The position numbers and the translations under genes were made by a program. From Gammaproteobacteria bacterium (lineage in GTDB: Bacteria > Pseudomonadota > Gammaproteobacteria > Tethybacterales > Persebacteraceae), in NCBI GenBank assembly GCA_051009015.1, contig JBPCWZ010000060.1, positions 1-33,512 of the forward strand: a stretch of DNA of 33,512 nucleotides, written 5' to 3'. Positions 16,635 through 24,885 of the stretch are shown in pieces (the stretch's first letter is position 1; each line of letters starts with the position of its first letter). Below the pieces are notes generated by a model, which searched no databases, was not told the origin of the DNA, and saw only the letters and a list, made by a program, of their open reading frames with translations.

Positions 16635-17228
16635 ATGGCGGCGATTATGATTATTCGGTTGCGGGGTGTTGTTGCTGTTTTGGCGGCGATTTTGGTTTTG
16701 GGCGGGTGCGGGCCCGCCGTTGTCGGGGCGGGGGTTGTCGCCGGGGCGGTTGCCAATGACAAGCGGACGCCCGGCTCTTTCGTTGAGGACGAAACCATTG
16801 AGATAAAAACGCGCTATGCCGTGAACAAACAATTCGGCGACAAGGTCAATATCAGCGTTACCAGTTATAACCGCGTTGTGCTGCTCACCGGGCAGGCGGC
16901 GGACGAAAAAATGCGCGCCGAAGTCGTCGCTATCGCCAACAGAATGGACAATGTGCGAAGTGTGCATAACAAGATAGGCATTGGCGGGGCGGCATCCCTG
17001 TCATCGCGCACTTCCGATTCGCTTCTTACCGCCCGCGTAAAGGCAAACTTGTGCGCGCTGCAGACGGAAGGGTTTTCGTGCCTGCCGGTCAAGGTCGTCA
17101 GCGAAAGCGGCGTTGTGTATTTGCTCGGCTTGCTCTCCCGCGAAAATGCCGCTATCGCCGTGCGCGAAGTGCGCAAGATAAAAGGCGTTCTCAAAGTCGT
17201 GCGGGTTTTGCAATACCGCGAAGAATAA
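16635..17228 (+). CDS. dolP: Dual BON-domain outer-membrane lipoprotein (DolP/YraP-like)
   Basis: The signal peptide ends in the lipobox LVLGGC. Two BON-like repeats are present (KTRYAV...VTSYNRVVLLTGQA and TARVKANL...VVSESGVVYLLGLL). The start is ATG 16635 or ATG 16647. The upstream 350 nt of the track ORF overlap the opposite-strand gene and were discarded. Confidence 0.7.
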   Translation: MAAIMIIRLRGVVAVLAAILVLGGCGPAVVGAGVVAGAVANDKRTPGSFVEDETIEIKTRYAVNKQFGDKVNISVTSYNRVVLLTGQAADEKMRAEVVAIANRMDNVRSVHNKIGIGGAASLSSRTSDSLLTARVKANLCALQTEGFSCLPVKVVSESGVVYLLGLLSRENAAIAVREVRKIKGVLKVVRVLQYREE

Positions 17229-17233
17229 CCGCG

Positions 17234-17434
17234 TCAAATCTCGGTCATCTCAAAATCTTCCTTGCGCGCGCCGCATTCGGGGCAAGTCCAGTTTAGCGGA
17301 ATGTCGTGCCATTTTGTCCCCGCTGCTATGCCGTCTTCGGGCGCGCCTTTGTCTTCTTCGTAGATCCAGCCGCATATTTGGCAGATGTAGGTTTTGCCGC
17401 CGCCGGTTGTGGTTGTGTTGTTTTCGCTTGTCAT
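17234..17434 (-). CDS. Rubredoxin
   Basis: CQICGWIYEE ... WTCPECG are two CxxCG knuckles with the typical spacing and aromatic core. Confidence 0.9.
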   Translation of the reverse strand: MTSENNTTTTGGGKTYICQICGWIYEEDKGAPEDGIAAGTKWHDIPLNWTCPECGARKEDFEMTEI

Positions 17435-17451
17435 TACCGCCCCATTCTAAT

Positions 17452-18255
17452 ATGAAAAAAATCGTTGCCGTGTTTGCTTCCATTGACGGCGGCGGCGGCG
17501 CGGGTTTGCTTGCCGATTGCCGCGCCGTTGCCTCCGCCGGTTGCCGCCCGCTGGCGGTTGTGCTTGGCGTCAGCGCGCAGAATTTGGATAACTTTGCCGG
17601 TTTGTGGCAAGTGCCGCCGGGGGTTGTCGGCGCGCAGTTTTCGGCTTTGTCGGGCGCGCCCGTTGCCGCAGTTAAGATTGGAATGCTTGCCGATAATGCC
17701 GCCGCTGTCGGCAGGTGCATCAAACAAATCCGTCAAACCCATCCCGCGCCGGTTGTTTGGGATCCGGTTGTTGCCGCTACCGCGCCGCTTGCGGGGGCGG
17801 CAAAACAACAAAAGCCCAATGCCATCCAAAACGCCCGCCGTCATATTGCCCGTCATGTTTTTGTCGCTACGCCAAACCGCGCCGAGTTGTCGGCATTGAC
17901 CGGCGGCAAAACAATAAGCGAAGGTTTGCGGGTTTTGTTTGCCGATGGCGTGCGCTATGTTTTGATAACCGGCATTGCCGCCGGAAAAGGCAAGTTGCGC
18001 CATTGTTTATATTCCGCCGATAGTGATGTGTGCGCGCCAATATGGGATGTTGTTTGCGAAAGGCGGCGCGGGGTTTTTCATGGCAGCGGCTGTTTGTTTT
18101 CGTCTCTTTTGGCGGCGCATCTGGCGCGCGGCGAATGCCTGACGCAAGCGGCGGGGCGGGCGAATGCCAAAACGCTGGCGGCGATTGACAAAGCCCAAAA
18201 CACAAAGCCGGATATTACAGGATGGGGGCGGCGGCAAAAGATCCTGCCGCAGTGA
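17452..18255 (+). CDS. thiD: Hydroxymethylpyrimidine/phosphomethylpyrimidine kinase
   Basis: The track ORF was trimmed to the ATG at 17452 (MKKIVAVFASIDGGGGAGLLAD, compare the GSDSGGGAGIQAD motif). VKIGML and a C-terminal HGSGC anion-hole motif are present. Confidence 0.75.
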   Translation: MKKIVAVFASIDGGGGAGLLADCRAVASAGCRPLAVVLGVSAQNLDNFAGLWQVPPGVVGAQFSALSGAPVAAVKIGMLADNAAAVGRCIKQIRQTHPAPVVWDPVVAATAPLAGAAKQQKPNAIQNARRHIARHVFVATPNRAELSALTGGKTISEGLRVLFADGVRYVLITGIAAGKGKLRHCLYSADSDVCAPIWDVVCERRRGVFHGSGCLFSSLLAAHLARGECLTQAAGRANAKTLAAIDKAQNTKPDITGWGRRQKILPQ

Positions 18256-18269
18256 TAAAATCGCCGGTA

Positions 18270-19985
18270 ATGCGCCGCATACTTTTGACTTCCGCCCTGC
18301 CCTACGCCAACGGCGACATACACCTCGGCTATCTTCTGGAAGCGGTGCAAGCCGACATTTGGGCGCGGTTTCAGCGCGCGCGCGGAAATGAATGCCTTTA
18401 TGTTTGCGCCGACGACGCGCATGGGACGCCGGTAATGCTGCGGGCTGCCGAAGAAGGCGTGCCGCCGGAGCAGTGGATAGCCAAAATGCGCGATGCCCAT
18501 TGGCGCGATTTGTCCGCCTTTGACATATCAATGGATCATTACGGCAGCACGCATTCCGAGCGCAACCGCGCGTTGTCGGCGGCGATGTACCGCAAACTTC
18601 GCGCGGCGGGGCGCATCGCCGAGCGCGAGATTGAGCAGTTGTATGACCCGCAAAAAAAGATGTTTTTGCCCGACAGGTATGTGCGCGGCGAATGCCCCCG
18701 ATGCGGCGCGGCGCAACAATACGGCGATTCTTGCGAGAAGTGCGGCGGTGTTTATGAAGCGGCGGAACTGAAAAATCCGGTTTCGGTTTTTTCGGGCGCG
18801 GCGCCGGTGATGAAAAAATCTGTGCATTATTTCTTGCGCCTTGCCGATGATTCGGCGTTTTTGCGCGAGTGGGTTTTTGAACATATTGCCGACCCTTCCG
18901 GCGGCGGAAACATCCCGCGCCTGCAAAAAGAAGCGGCGAATAAACTGCAGGAATGGCTTTTGGGCGAGTTGCGCGATTGGGACATATCGCGGGACGCCCC
19001 CTACTTCGGCTTTCGGGTGCCCGATTGCGACGAGGAGAAGTATTTGTATGTTTGGCTGGATGCGCCGGTCGGTTATATGGCGAGTTTTGCCGAGTTGTGC
19101 GCGGGCGAAAACGGCGAAGATGACAAAGCACAACAAGGCGGCTTGTGCTTTGATGATTTTTGGGGGGTGCGGGGGCGGGAGGATACCGAGTTGTATCATT
19201 TCATCGGCAAGGATATATTGTATTTTCATGCTTTGTTCTGGCCCGCGATGTTGAAAAACAGCGGGCATCGTTTGCCGACCCGGGTTTTCGCCCACGGGTT
19301 TTTGACCGTCAATGGCGAGAAGATGTCCAAATCGCGCGGGACTTTTATTACCGCCCGCCGCTATGCCGATTCCGGTTTGCCGCCGGATGCTTTGCGCTAT
19401 TATTATGCGACAAAACTCGGCGACGGCATAGACGACCTGGATTTGCACCTCGGCGATTTTGTGCAAAAAGTCAATGGCGACCTGATAGGCAAACTTGTCA
19501 ATATCCCCAGCCGCACCGCCGGTTTTATCGCCGCCAAGTTTGGCGGCAAACTTGACAATGACGACCAAAGCGGCGAGGGTTATGCCAAAGTTGTCGCGCC
19601 GCTTTTGGCGATGGCGGAATCCGTTGCGGCGGATTTTGAATCGCGCCGTTATCATTCCGCCGTCCGCGCCGTTATGCATGCCGCCGATACGATTAATAGT
19701 TATGTTGATGCCAATGCGCCGTGGAAGATAAAAAATGACGACTCGCAACGGCAAAAACTGCACGAAACTTGTTCGGCGGCATTGCGCGGCTTTCATCTTT
19801 TGACGGTTTATATACAGCCGGTAACGCCGCATTTGGCACAGGCGGCGCGGGCGTTTTTGCAATGCCCGCCGCTTGTTTGGCAGGGGTTGCGCCCGCTTGC
19901 GGCGGGGCATCGCATTGCGCCCTATGCGCATCTGATGGCGCGCATCAAAACCGCCGATGCCCTGATAGAAAAACCGCAACAATGA
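18270..19985 (+). CDS. metG: Methionine--tRNA ligase (short form, no C-terminal tRNA-binding domain)
   Basis: The track ORF was trimmed to the ATG at 18270 (MRRILLTSALPYANGDIHLGY). The Zn knuckles CPRCG...CEKCG and the KMSKS motif are present. Confidence 0.9.
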   Translation: MRRILLTSALPYANGDIHLGYLLEAVQADIWARFQRARGNECLYVCADDAHGTPVMLRAAEEGVPPEQWIAKMRDAHWRDLSAFDISMDHYGSTHSERNRALSAAMYRKLRAAGRIAEREIEQLYDPQKKMFLPDRYVRGECPRCGAAQQYGDSCEKCGGVYEAAELKNPVSVFSGAAPVMKKSVHYFLRLADDSAFLREWVFEHIADPSGGGNIPRLQKEAANKLQEWLLGELRDWDISRDAPYFGFRVPDCDEEKYLYVWLDAPVGYMASFAELCAGENGEDDKAQQGGLCFDDFWGVRGREDTELYHFIGKDILYFHALFWPAMLKNSGHRLPTRVFAHGFLTVNGEKMSKSRGTFITARRYADSGLPPDALRYYYATKLGDGIDDLDLHLGDFVQKVNGDLIGKLVNIPSRTAGFIAAKFGGKLDNDDQSGEGYAKVVAPLLAMAESVAADFESRRYHSAVRAVMHAADTINSYVDANAPWKIKNDDSQRQKLHETCSAALRGFHLLTVYIQPVTPHLAQAARAFLQCPPLVWQGLRPLAAGHRIAPYAHLMARIKTADALIEKPQQ

Positions 19986-20004
19986 CAACGGGAGGCGGAA
20001 TAGT

Positions 20005-20904
20005 ATGCGCGTAGTGTTGTTTGGCGGCGCCGGTTTTATCGGCAGGCATCTGGCGGCGGAACTTGCCGGGGCCGGTCATAGCATCACAGTCATCACCCGC
20101 GACCGCGAATCGGCAAAGCGCGATTTGATACTTCTGCCAAATACCGACGTCATCGCCGCCGATTACAATGCGCCCAATGCCGCATACCGGGCGCTTGCCG
20201 GGGCGGATTCCGCGGTAAATCTCATCGGCATTTTGCACGAGCGGCGGCGCGGGGCTTTTGAGCGAACGCATTGCGAAATGCCCAGATTGCTTGCCGATGC
20301 CTGCGCGGCGGCGGGCGTGCGGCGGTTTGTGCAGTTGAGCGCGCTTGGTGCTTCGCTTTCCGCCCCGAGCGGCTATTTGCGCAGCCGCGCCAAAGGCGAG
20401 CAAATCGCCCGCGACAAGCCGGGCGTTAGCGGCACGATTATCCGCCTGCCGGTGGTTTTTGGCGAGGGCGATTCTTTTATTAATTTGTTTGCCGCTCTTG
20501 CCCGCCATTTGCCTTTTTTGTTTTTGCCGTGCGCGCGGGCGGTAATGCAGCCGGTTGCGGTTGGCGATGTTTCCGCTTTTGTCCGCCGCATACTGGAAGG
20601 CGGCGATTATGACGGGCGGGTGTTGTCTGCCGGCGGTCCCGAAGTTTTCACGCTTGCCGAGATTGTCGGCGCTGTTGCCGATGCCATTGGCAAGCCGCGC
20701 CCTGTCATCCCGCTGGGCAATTCTTCATCGCGCCTTGTCGGGCATTTGGCGGATTGGCTGCCTTTTGTTCATCCTCCTATTAGCGCGGATAACTGCTTGT
20801 CGGCGATGGTGCCGGGGGTTTGCCCGCGCGGCGGCAATGATGCGGCAAAACTGCTTGGCGATTTGACTTCGTTGCGGGCGGGTTTGGCGGCGATGTTCGG
20901 ATAG
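20005..20904 (+). CDS. NAD(P)-binding SDR-family protein (NDUFA9/NmrA-like)
   Basis: It has the N-terminal Rossmann motif VLFGGAGFIGRHL and is 299 aa long. Confidence 0.65.
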   Translation: MRVVLFGGAGFIGRHLAAELAGAGHSITVITRDRESAKRDLILLPNTDVIAADYNAPNAAYRALAGADSAVNLIGILHERRRGAFERTHCEMPRLLADACAAAGVRRFVQLSALGASLSAPSGYLRSRAKGEQIARDKPGVSGTIIRLPVVFGEGDSFINLFAALARHLPFLFLPCARAVMQPVAVGDVSAFVRRILEGGDYDGRVLSAGGPEVFTLAEIVGAVADAIGKPRPVIPLGNSSSRLVGHLADWLPFVHPPISADNCLSAMVPGVCPRGGNDAAKLLGDLTSLRAGLAAMFG

Positions 20905-22170
20905 TTGGCGGCGGTGGATTTGCCAAAAACGGCAAAGGCGTATTTGGTCGGCGGCGCGGTGCGCGACAAGTTGCTCGGCATCGGCGGCGGCGACAGGGAT
21001 TTTGTCGTCATCGGGGCGACTCCGGAACAAATGGGAGCGGCGGGTTTCAAGCCGGTCGGCGGCGATTTTCCGGTTTTTGTACATCCGCAAACGGGCGAGG
21101 AATATGCACTGGCGCGCACCGAGCGCAAAAGCGGGCGCGGCTACCGGGGGTTTGTTTTCCACACCGGCACCGATGTCGGTTTGCATGATGACTTGCAACG
21201 GCGCGATTTGACAATAAACGCCATCGCCGAGGACGAAAACGGCGCATTGACAGATCCTTTCGGCGGCGGGGAAGATATCAAAAGGAAAGTTTTGCGCCAT
21301 GTATCACCGGCTTTTGCCGAGGATCCGGTGCGCATTTTGCGCGCGGCGCGTTTTGCCGCCGCCCTGCCCGGCTTTGCCATCGCCGCCGAAACGACGGCAT
21401 TGATGAAGAAGATGGTGCAAGACGGCGAAGCGGCGCATTTGCGCCCCGAACGGGTTTGGCGCGAGTTAGCGCGCGGATTGGCGACTCCGGCGCCGTCCGT
21501 AATGATAAGGATACTGCACACTTGCGGCGCGCTGCGGGTTGTTTTGCCGGAAGTTGCAGCAATGGACGGCGTGCCGGAAAGGTTGGATTATCATCCGGAG
21601 GGCGATAGTTTTTTGCATACGATGATGGTGCTGGATGCCGCCGCCGCGCGCGGTTGTTCGGCGGCGGAATGTTTTGCCGCATTGTTGCACGATATTGGCA
21701 AGGCGCAAACACCGGCGGCTATTTTGCCGAAACATTACGGGCACGAAGCGCGCAGCGCGGCTTTGGCGCGGCAGGTTTGTACGCGGCTGAAAACGCCGAA
21801 TGCCTTTGCCGACATTGCAGTTTTGACCGCCGCCGAACATGGCAATGTGCATAAGAGCATGGAAATGCGGGCGGCGACGGTTGCCGATTTGCTCGCCCGC
21901 CTTGGCGCCTTCCGGCGGCGGGCTATGATGGAATCGGTCTTGCGCGTTTGCGAGGCGGATTTTTATTATCTGCCCGAACGCAAAGGCGAGGTATATCCGC
22001 AAAGCGGCTTTTTGCGCGCCGCCGCCGATGCCGCCTGCAATATCAACGCGCGGGAGATAGCGAAAAAAACCGGCGGCGACGGCAACAAGATAGCCGATGC
22101 CATTCGCACCGCGCGCATTTGCGCCGTGCGCGAAGTGGTAAAACCGCAAGATACGGATGCCGCCGGATGA
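20905..22170 (+). CDS. cca: Multifunctional CCA-adding enzyme / tRNA nucleotidyltransferase with HD domain
   Basis: Motifs present: YLVGGAVRDKLLG..GGDRDFVV, ARTERKSGRGYRGF, RDLTINA and an HD-domain LLHDIGK. There is no ATG near the N-terminus. The start is TTG 20905 (as in the track) or GTG 20914, so it is uncertain. Confidence 0.85.
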   Translation: MAAVDLPKTAKAYLVGGAVRDKLLGIGGGDRDFVVIGATPEQMGAAGFKPVGGDFPVFVHPQTGEEYALARTERKSGRGYRGFVFHTGTDVGLHDDLQRRDLTINAIAEDENGALTDPFGGGEDIKRKVLRHVSPAFAEDPVRILRAARFAAALPGFAIAAETTALMKKMVQDGEAAHLRPERVWRELARGLATPAPSVMIRILHTCGALRVVLPEVAAMDGVPERLDYHPEGDSFLHTMMVLDAAAARGCSAAECFAALLHDIGKAQTPAAILPKHYGHEARSAALARQVCTRLKTPNAFADIAVLTAAEHGNVHKSMEMRAATVADLLARLGAFRRRAMMESVLRVCEADFYYLPERKGEVYPQSGFLRAAADAACNINAREIAKKTGGDGNKIADAIRTARICAVREVVKPQDTDAAG

Positions 22171-22184
22171 TGACCGAACAACGG

Positions 22185-22255
22185 AGGCGGGAGTCGGAAT
22201 TGAACCGGCGTACACGGCTTTGCAGGCCGCTGCATAACCACTCTGCCATCCCGCC
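22185..22255 (-). tRNA. tRNA-Cys (GCA)
   Basis: The reverse complement reads GGCGGGATGGCAGAGTGGTTATGCAGCGGCCTGCAAAGCCGTGTACGCCGGTTCAATTCCGACTCCCGCCT. It folds with a 7-bp acceptor stem, anticodon loop CUGCAAA, T-loop TTCAATT and discriminator U73. There is one C-A mismatch in the T stem. The 3' flank is CCG, so CCA is not fully encoded. Confidence 0.85.
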
Positions 22256-22287
22256 ATGATTGTCATTTAACCGCTGCGGATAAGTGC

Positions 22288-22363
22288 TGGAGCGGGAAAC
22301 GAGACTTGAACTCGCGACCTCAACCTTGGCAAGGTTGCGCTCTACCAGCTGAGCTATTCCCGC
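22288..22363 (-). tRNA. tRNA-Gly (GCC)
   Basis: The reverse complement reads GCGGGAATAGCTCAGCTGGTAGAGCGCAACCTTGCCAAGGTTGAGGTCGCGAGTTCAAGTCTCGTTTCCCGCTCCA. It is nearly identical in layout to E. coli tRNA-Gly(GCC), and CCA is encoded. Confidence 0.95.
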
Positions 22364-22385
22364 AAACTAAAATGATAAAGATCGA

Positions 22386-22413
22386 ATTATAGTAATATCC
22401 ATGATTATGTCAA
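22386..22413 (-). promoter_or_regulatory. Consensus sigma70 promoter (TTGACA-N16-TATAAT) for the tRNA-Gly/tRNA-Cys operon
   Basis: The minus strand reads TTGACA (22413-22408), a 16-nt spacer, then TATAAT (22391-22386). The -10 element ends 22 nt upstream of the mature tRNA-Gly 5' end. Confidence 0.65.
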
Positions 22414-23057
22414 GCAATAACACCGATAAAAATATCATTGATGACAGTGATGTTTATTTTGAAGGGTTGCGAAATCGGTCGCCGTTGTCTGTTTTTGCCG
22501 AGTGGTTTGCCGCCGCCGCGCAATGTGAGGAGCAGGCAAACGCCATGACGCTGGCCACAGTGGACGCCAATGGCATGCCGCAAGCGCGTACGGTGCTACT
22601 CAAAACATTTGTCGGCGGCGCTCAGCGATTTGTTTTTTTTACCAACCGCGACAGCCGCAAAGGGCGGGCGTTGCGTGTCAATGCGCAGGCGGCGCTGCTT
22701 TTTTATTGGCCAAAATTATCGCGACAAGTGTTGGCGGAAGGCGATGTTGATGAATTGCCGCGCGCTGAGGTGGCGGATTATTTTTCTTCCCGCCCGCGTG
22801 ACAGCCGCATTGGGGCGTGGGCGAGTGCGCAGTCGCAACCGATGGAATCCGCCGCGGCTTTTCGCGCGCAAGTGGCGATGATGGAAGCAAAATTCGCCGA
22901 AGCCGAGCCGCCTTTACCGCCCTATTGGGCGGGTTTTGCGCTGACTCCGCGCCGTCTGGAGTTTTGGCGGGAAGGCGCGCACCGCCTGCATCGGCGGCTG
23001 GTGTTTTGGCGCGATGACGGTGATGCGCCATGGCATAATGCTTTTTTGCAGCCATGA
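22401..23057 (+). CDS. pdxH: Pyridoxamine 5'-phosphate oxidase
   Basis: Motifs present: RTVLLK, FFTN..SRKG, FSSRPRDSRIGAWAS and LEFWREGAHRLHRRLVF. It is the same length as E. coli PdxH. An alternative ATG lies at 22407. Confidence 0.9.
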   Translation: MIMSSNNTDKNIIDDSDVYFEGLRNRSPLSVFAEWFAAAAQCEEQANAMTLATVDANGMPQARTVLLKTFVGGAQRFVFFTNRDSRKGRALRVNAQAALLFYWPKLSRQVLAEGDVDELPRAEVADYFSSRPRDSRIGAWASAQSQPMESAAAFRAQVAMMEAKFAEAEPPLPPYWAGFALTPRRLEFWREGAHRLHRRLVFWRDDGDAPWHNAFLQP

Positions 23058-23569
23058 ACCGACATGTTATTTTGATTGGCATGACCGCCGCCGGCAAAAG
23101 CGTCACCGGGCAAAAGCTGGCGCAATTACTTCGCTGTCAGTTTGTCGACACGGATGCTTTGATTGAAAAAAAAGCGCAATGTTCCATCGCTGATATTTTT
23201 GCGGCCAAAGGTGAGCCATTTTTTCGCCAGCGGGAACAAGAGGCATTGCAGACGGCGTTGGCGGATGATGCGTGCATTATTGCCACTGGTGGCGGGGTGG
23301 TGTTGGCGGCAGAAAACCGCCGACTCATTTGCGCCGGCGGTTGGGTGGTGTATTTGCAAGCGACCACGGAGGTTTTATTATCCCGCTTGCGCGATGATGC
23401 TAAGCGTCCATTGCTGATGAATGACGCACCCGCGGCATTGGCGCGGATGGCGGCAGAACGCGAGCCGCTGTATGAAAAAATAGCACATTTGTCGGTGGTG
23501 CAAACGGCTAATGATACGCCCGCCATTATTGCCGACAAAATACACGCGGGGTTACGGTGTTTAGGGTAA
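23054..23569 (+). CDS. aroK: Shikimate kinase
   Basis: It has the Walker A LIGMTAAGKSVTG, FVDTD, FRQREQEAL and ATGGG motifs. Its start forms an ATGA overlap with the pdxH stop. Confidence 0.9.
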   Translation: MNRHVILIGMTAAGKSVTGQKLAQLLRCQFVDTDALIEKKAQCSIADIFAAKGEPFFRQREQEALQTALADDACIIATGGGVVLAAENRRLICAGGWVVYLQATTEVLLSRLRDDAKRPLLMNDAPAALARMAAEREPLYEKIAHLSVVQTANDTPAIIADKIHAGLRCLG

Positions 23570-23654
23570 TAATGCGGCGGCTGATAGAGTTATAAAATTA
23601 TGGTAAATACGCATATAAATGGCGGCAGTGAATTTATAAGCATATAATTAAAAA

Positions 23655-24731
23655 ATGTTGCGCTTATATAATTTTTTTCCGGGACCTTGCGGTTTGCCCG
23701 ACTCTGTGATGGAGCAAGCGCAGGCGGAATTTTTAGATTATCACGGCAAGGGTGCGTCCATTATGGAAGTGTCGCATCGGGGCGATACTTTTTTGGCGGT
23801 TTATCATCATGCCGAGTCGCTGCTGCGCGAATTGCTTGGCGTCAGTGATGAATATGCTGTTTTATTTTTGTCCGGCGGCGCCAGTGGGCAGTCCGCCGCC
23901 ATCCCGCTCAATCTTACTGCCGATCGCAGCGCCACCGCCGCCTATCTGATCAACGGTCATTGGTCGCAGCGCAGTGCCACGGAGGGCGCTAAGTATTGCC
24001 GCGTCTCGGTTGTCGCCGATACCGCGGATAGCAAATATACCGTCTTGCCGACACAATGGGAAACGCCCGCCGATGCGGTTTATTTGCATTATGCCGATAA
24101 TGAAACCGTTCATGGTGTGGAATTTTCCACCCCGCCAAAGTCCACGGCCCCGCTGGTTGCCGACATGTCTTCTAATATCGCCTCGCGGCAAATTTGCGTG
24201 GAAGATTATGGGCTGATTTATGCCGGGGCGCAAAAAAACCTGGGTCCCACCGGCGTGACTATTGTTATTGTTAAAAAAGCGCTGATGCAAACGCGTCCGA
24301 CAACACCGATGATTTGGGATTATCCCAAGCAAATGGCCGCCGAATCCATGGTTAACACACCGCCCACTTTTCAGATATACATGGTTGGGCTGGTTTTGGC
24401 ATGGCTCAAAGCGGAGGGCGGCGTCGCCGAAATGGAAAAACGCTGCGCGCAAAAATCGCAGTTGCTGTATTCCTGCATTGATAATAGCGGCGGTTTTTAT
24501 CGTGCCTTTGTGTCGGGCGATTGTCGCTCGCGGGTTAATGTGCCGTTCTTTTTGGCTGATGATGCGCTGCTTGGTGATTTTTTGGCCGGTGCCGAACAAG
24601 AAGGGCTCATCGGACTGAAGGGACACGCCATATTGGGCGGCTGTCGCGCCTCTATGTACAATTCCATGGCTGTGGCCGGCGTGGAAAAATTAACCGACTA
24701 CATGCGCGATTTTCAGCGCCGGCGAGGATAA
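23655..24731 (+). CDS. serC: Phosphoserine aminotransferase
   Basis: YNFFPGPCGLP...MEVSHRG aligns with the E. coli SerC N-terminus (FNFSSGPAMLP...MEVSHRG). The GAQKNLGP region contains the PLP lysine. Confidence 0.9.
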   Translation: MLRLYNFFPGPCGLPDSVMEQAQAEFLDYHGKGASIMEVSHRGDTFLAVYHHAESLLRELLGVSDEYAVLFLSGGASGQSAAIPLNLTADRSATAAYLINGHWSQRSATEGAKYCRVSVVADTADSKYTVLPTQWETPADAVYLHYADNETVHGVEFSTPPKSTAPLVADMSSNIASRQICVEDYGLIYAGAQKNLGPTGVTIVIVKKALMQTRPTTPMIWDYPKQMAAESMVNTPPTFQIYMVGLVLAWLKAEGGVAEMEKRCAQKSQLLYSCIDNSGGFYRAFVSGDCRSRVNVPFFLADDALLGDFLAGAEQEGLIGLKGHAILGGCRASMYNSMAVAGVEKLTDYMRDFQRRRG

Positions 24732-24874
24732 GTCGCTGACCAGAGCCGTCTGTCGCCGCTTCGTTTGACCTCAGCATGAGTCGCTTGTCTAAAAATTTTC
24801 ATGGGTATTGATACAGGATACGGATAGTTATTTTTTTATATAATAAATGGGCTTGCTTTATTTTGTGCAATAAA

Positions 24875-24885
24875 AGGAGAAATTG
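24875..24885. repeat. Left copy of the 11-bp direct repeat AGGAGAAATTG (contains the SD of the methyltransferase-HNH gene)
   Basis: An identical 11-mer at 26304-26314 is the SD region of the rhodanese gene. Confidence 0.6.

Noticed and set aside
18007-19988. Two long minus-strand ORFs (18007..19131 and 18528..19988)
   Set aside because: Both are antisense to metG (HIGH/KMSKS and Zn knuckles are on the + strand). The translations are Arg/Pro-rich shadow frames.
23611-23648. Direct repeat gcatataa (two copies) and TATAAT ending 6 nt before the serC ATG, suggesting a leaderless serC mRNA
   Set aside because: No acceptable -35 element sits at the right spacing, and AT-rich hexamers are expected by chance in this AT-rich spacer. 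It cannot be supported without TSS data.
23862-24626. 254-aa minus-strand ORF
   Set aside because: It is antisense to serC, which aligns with SerC from its N-terminus on.
22364-24885. The tRNA-adjacent segment (pdxH-aroK-serC) as a genomic island integrated at the tRNA genes
   Set aside because: All three are core metabolic genes with host-like composition. There is no integrase and no tRNA 3'-end direct repeat. The only foreign-looking gene nearby is the MTase-HNH, which has its own short direct repeats.
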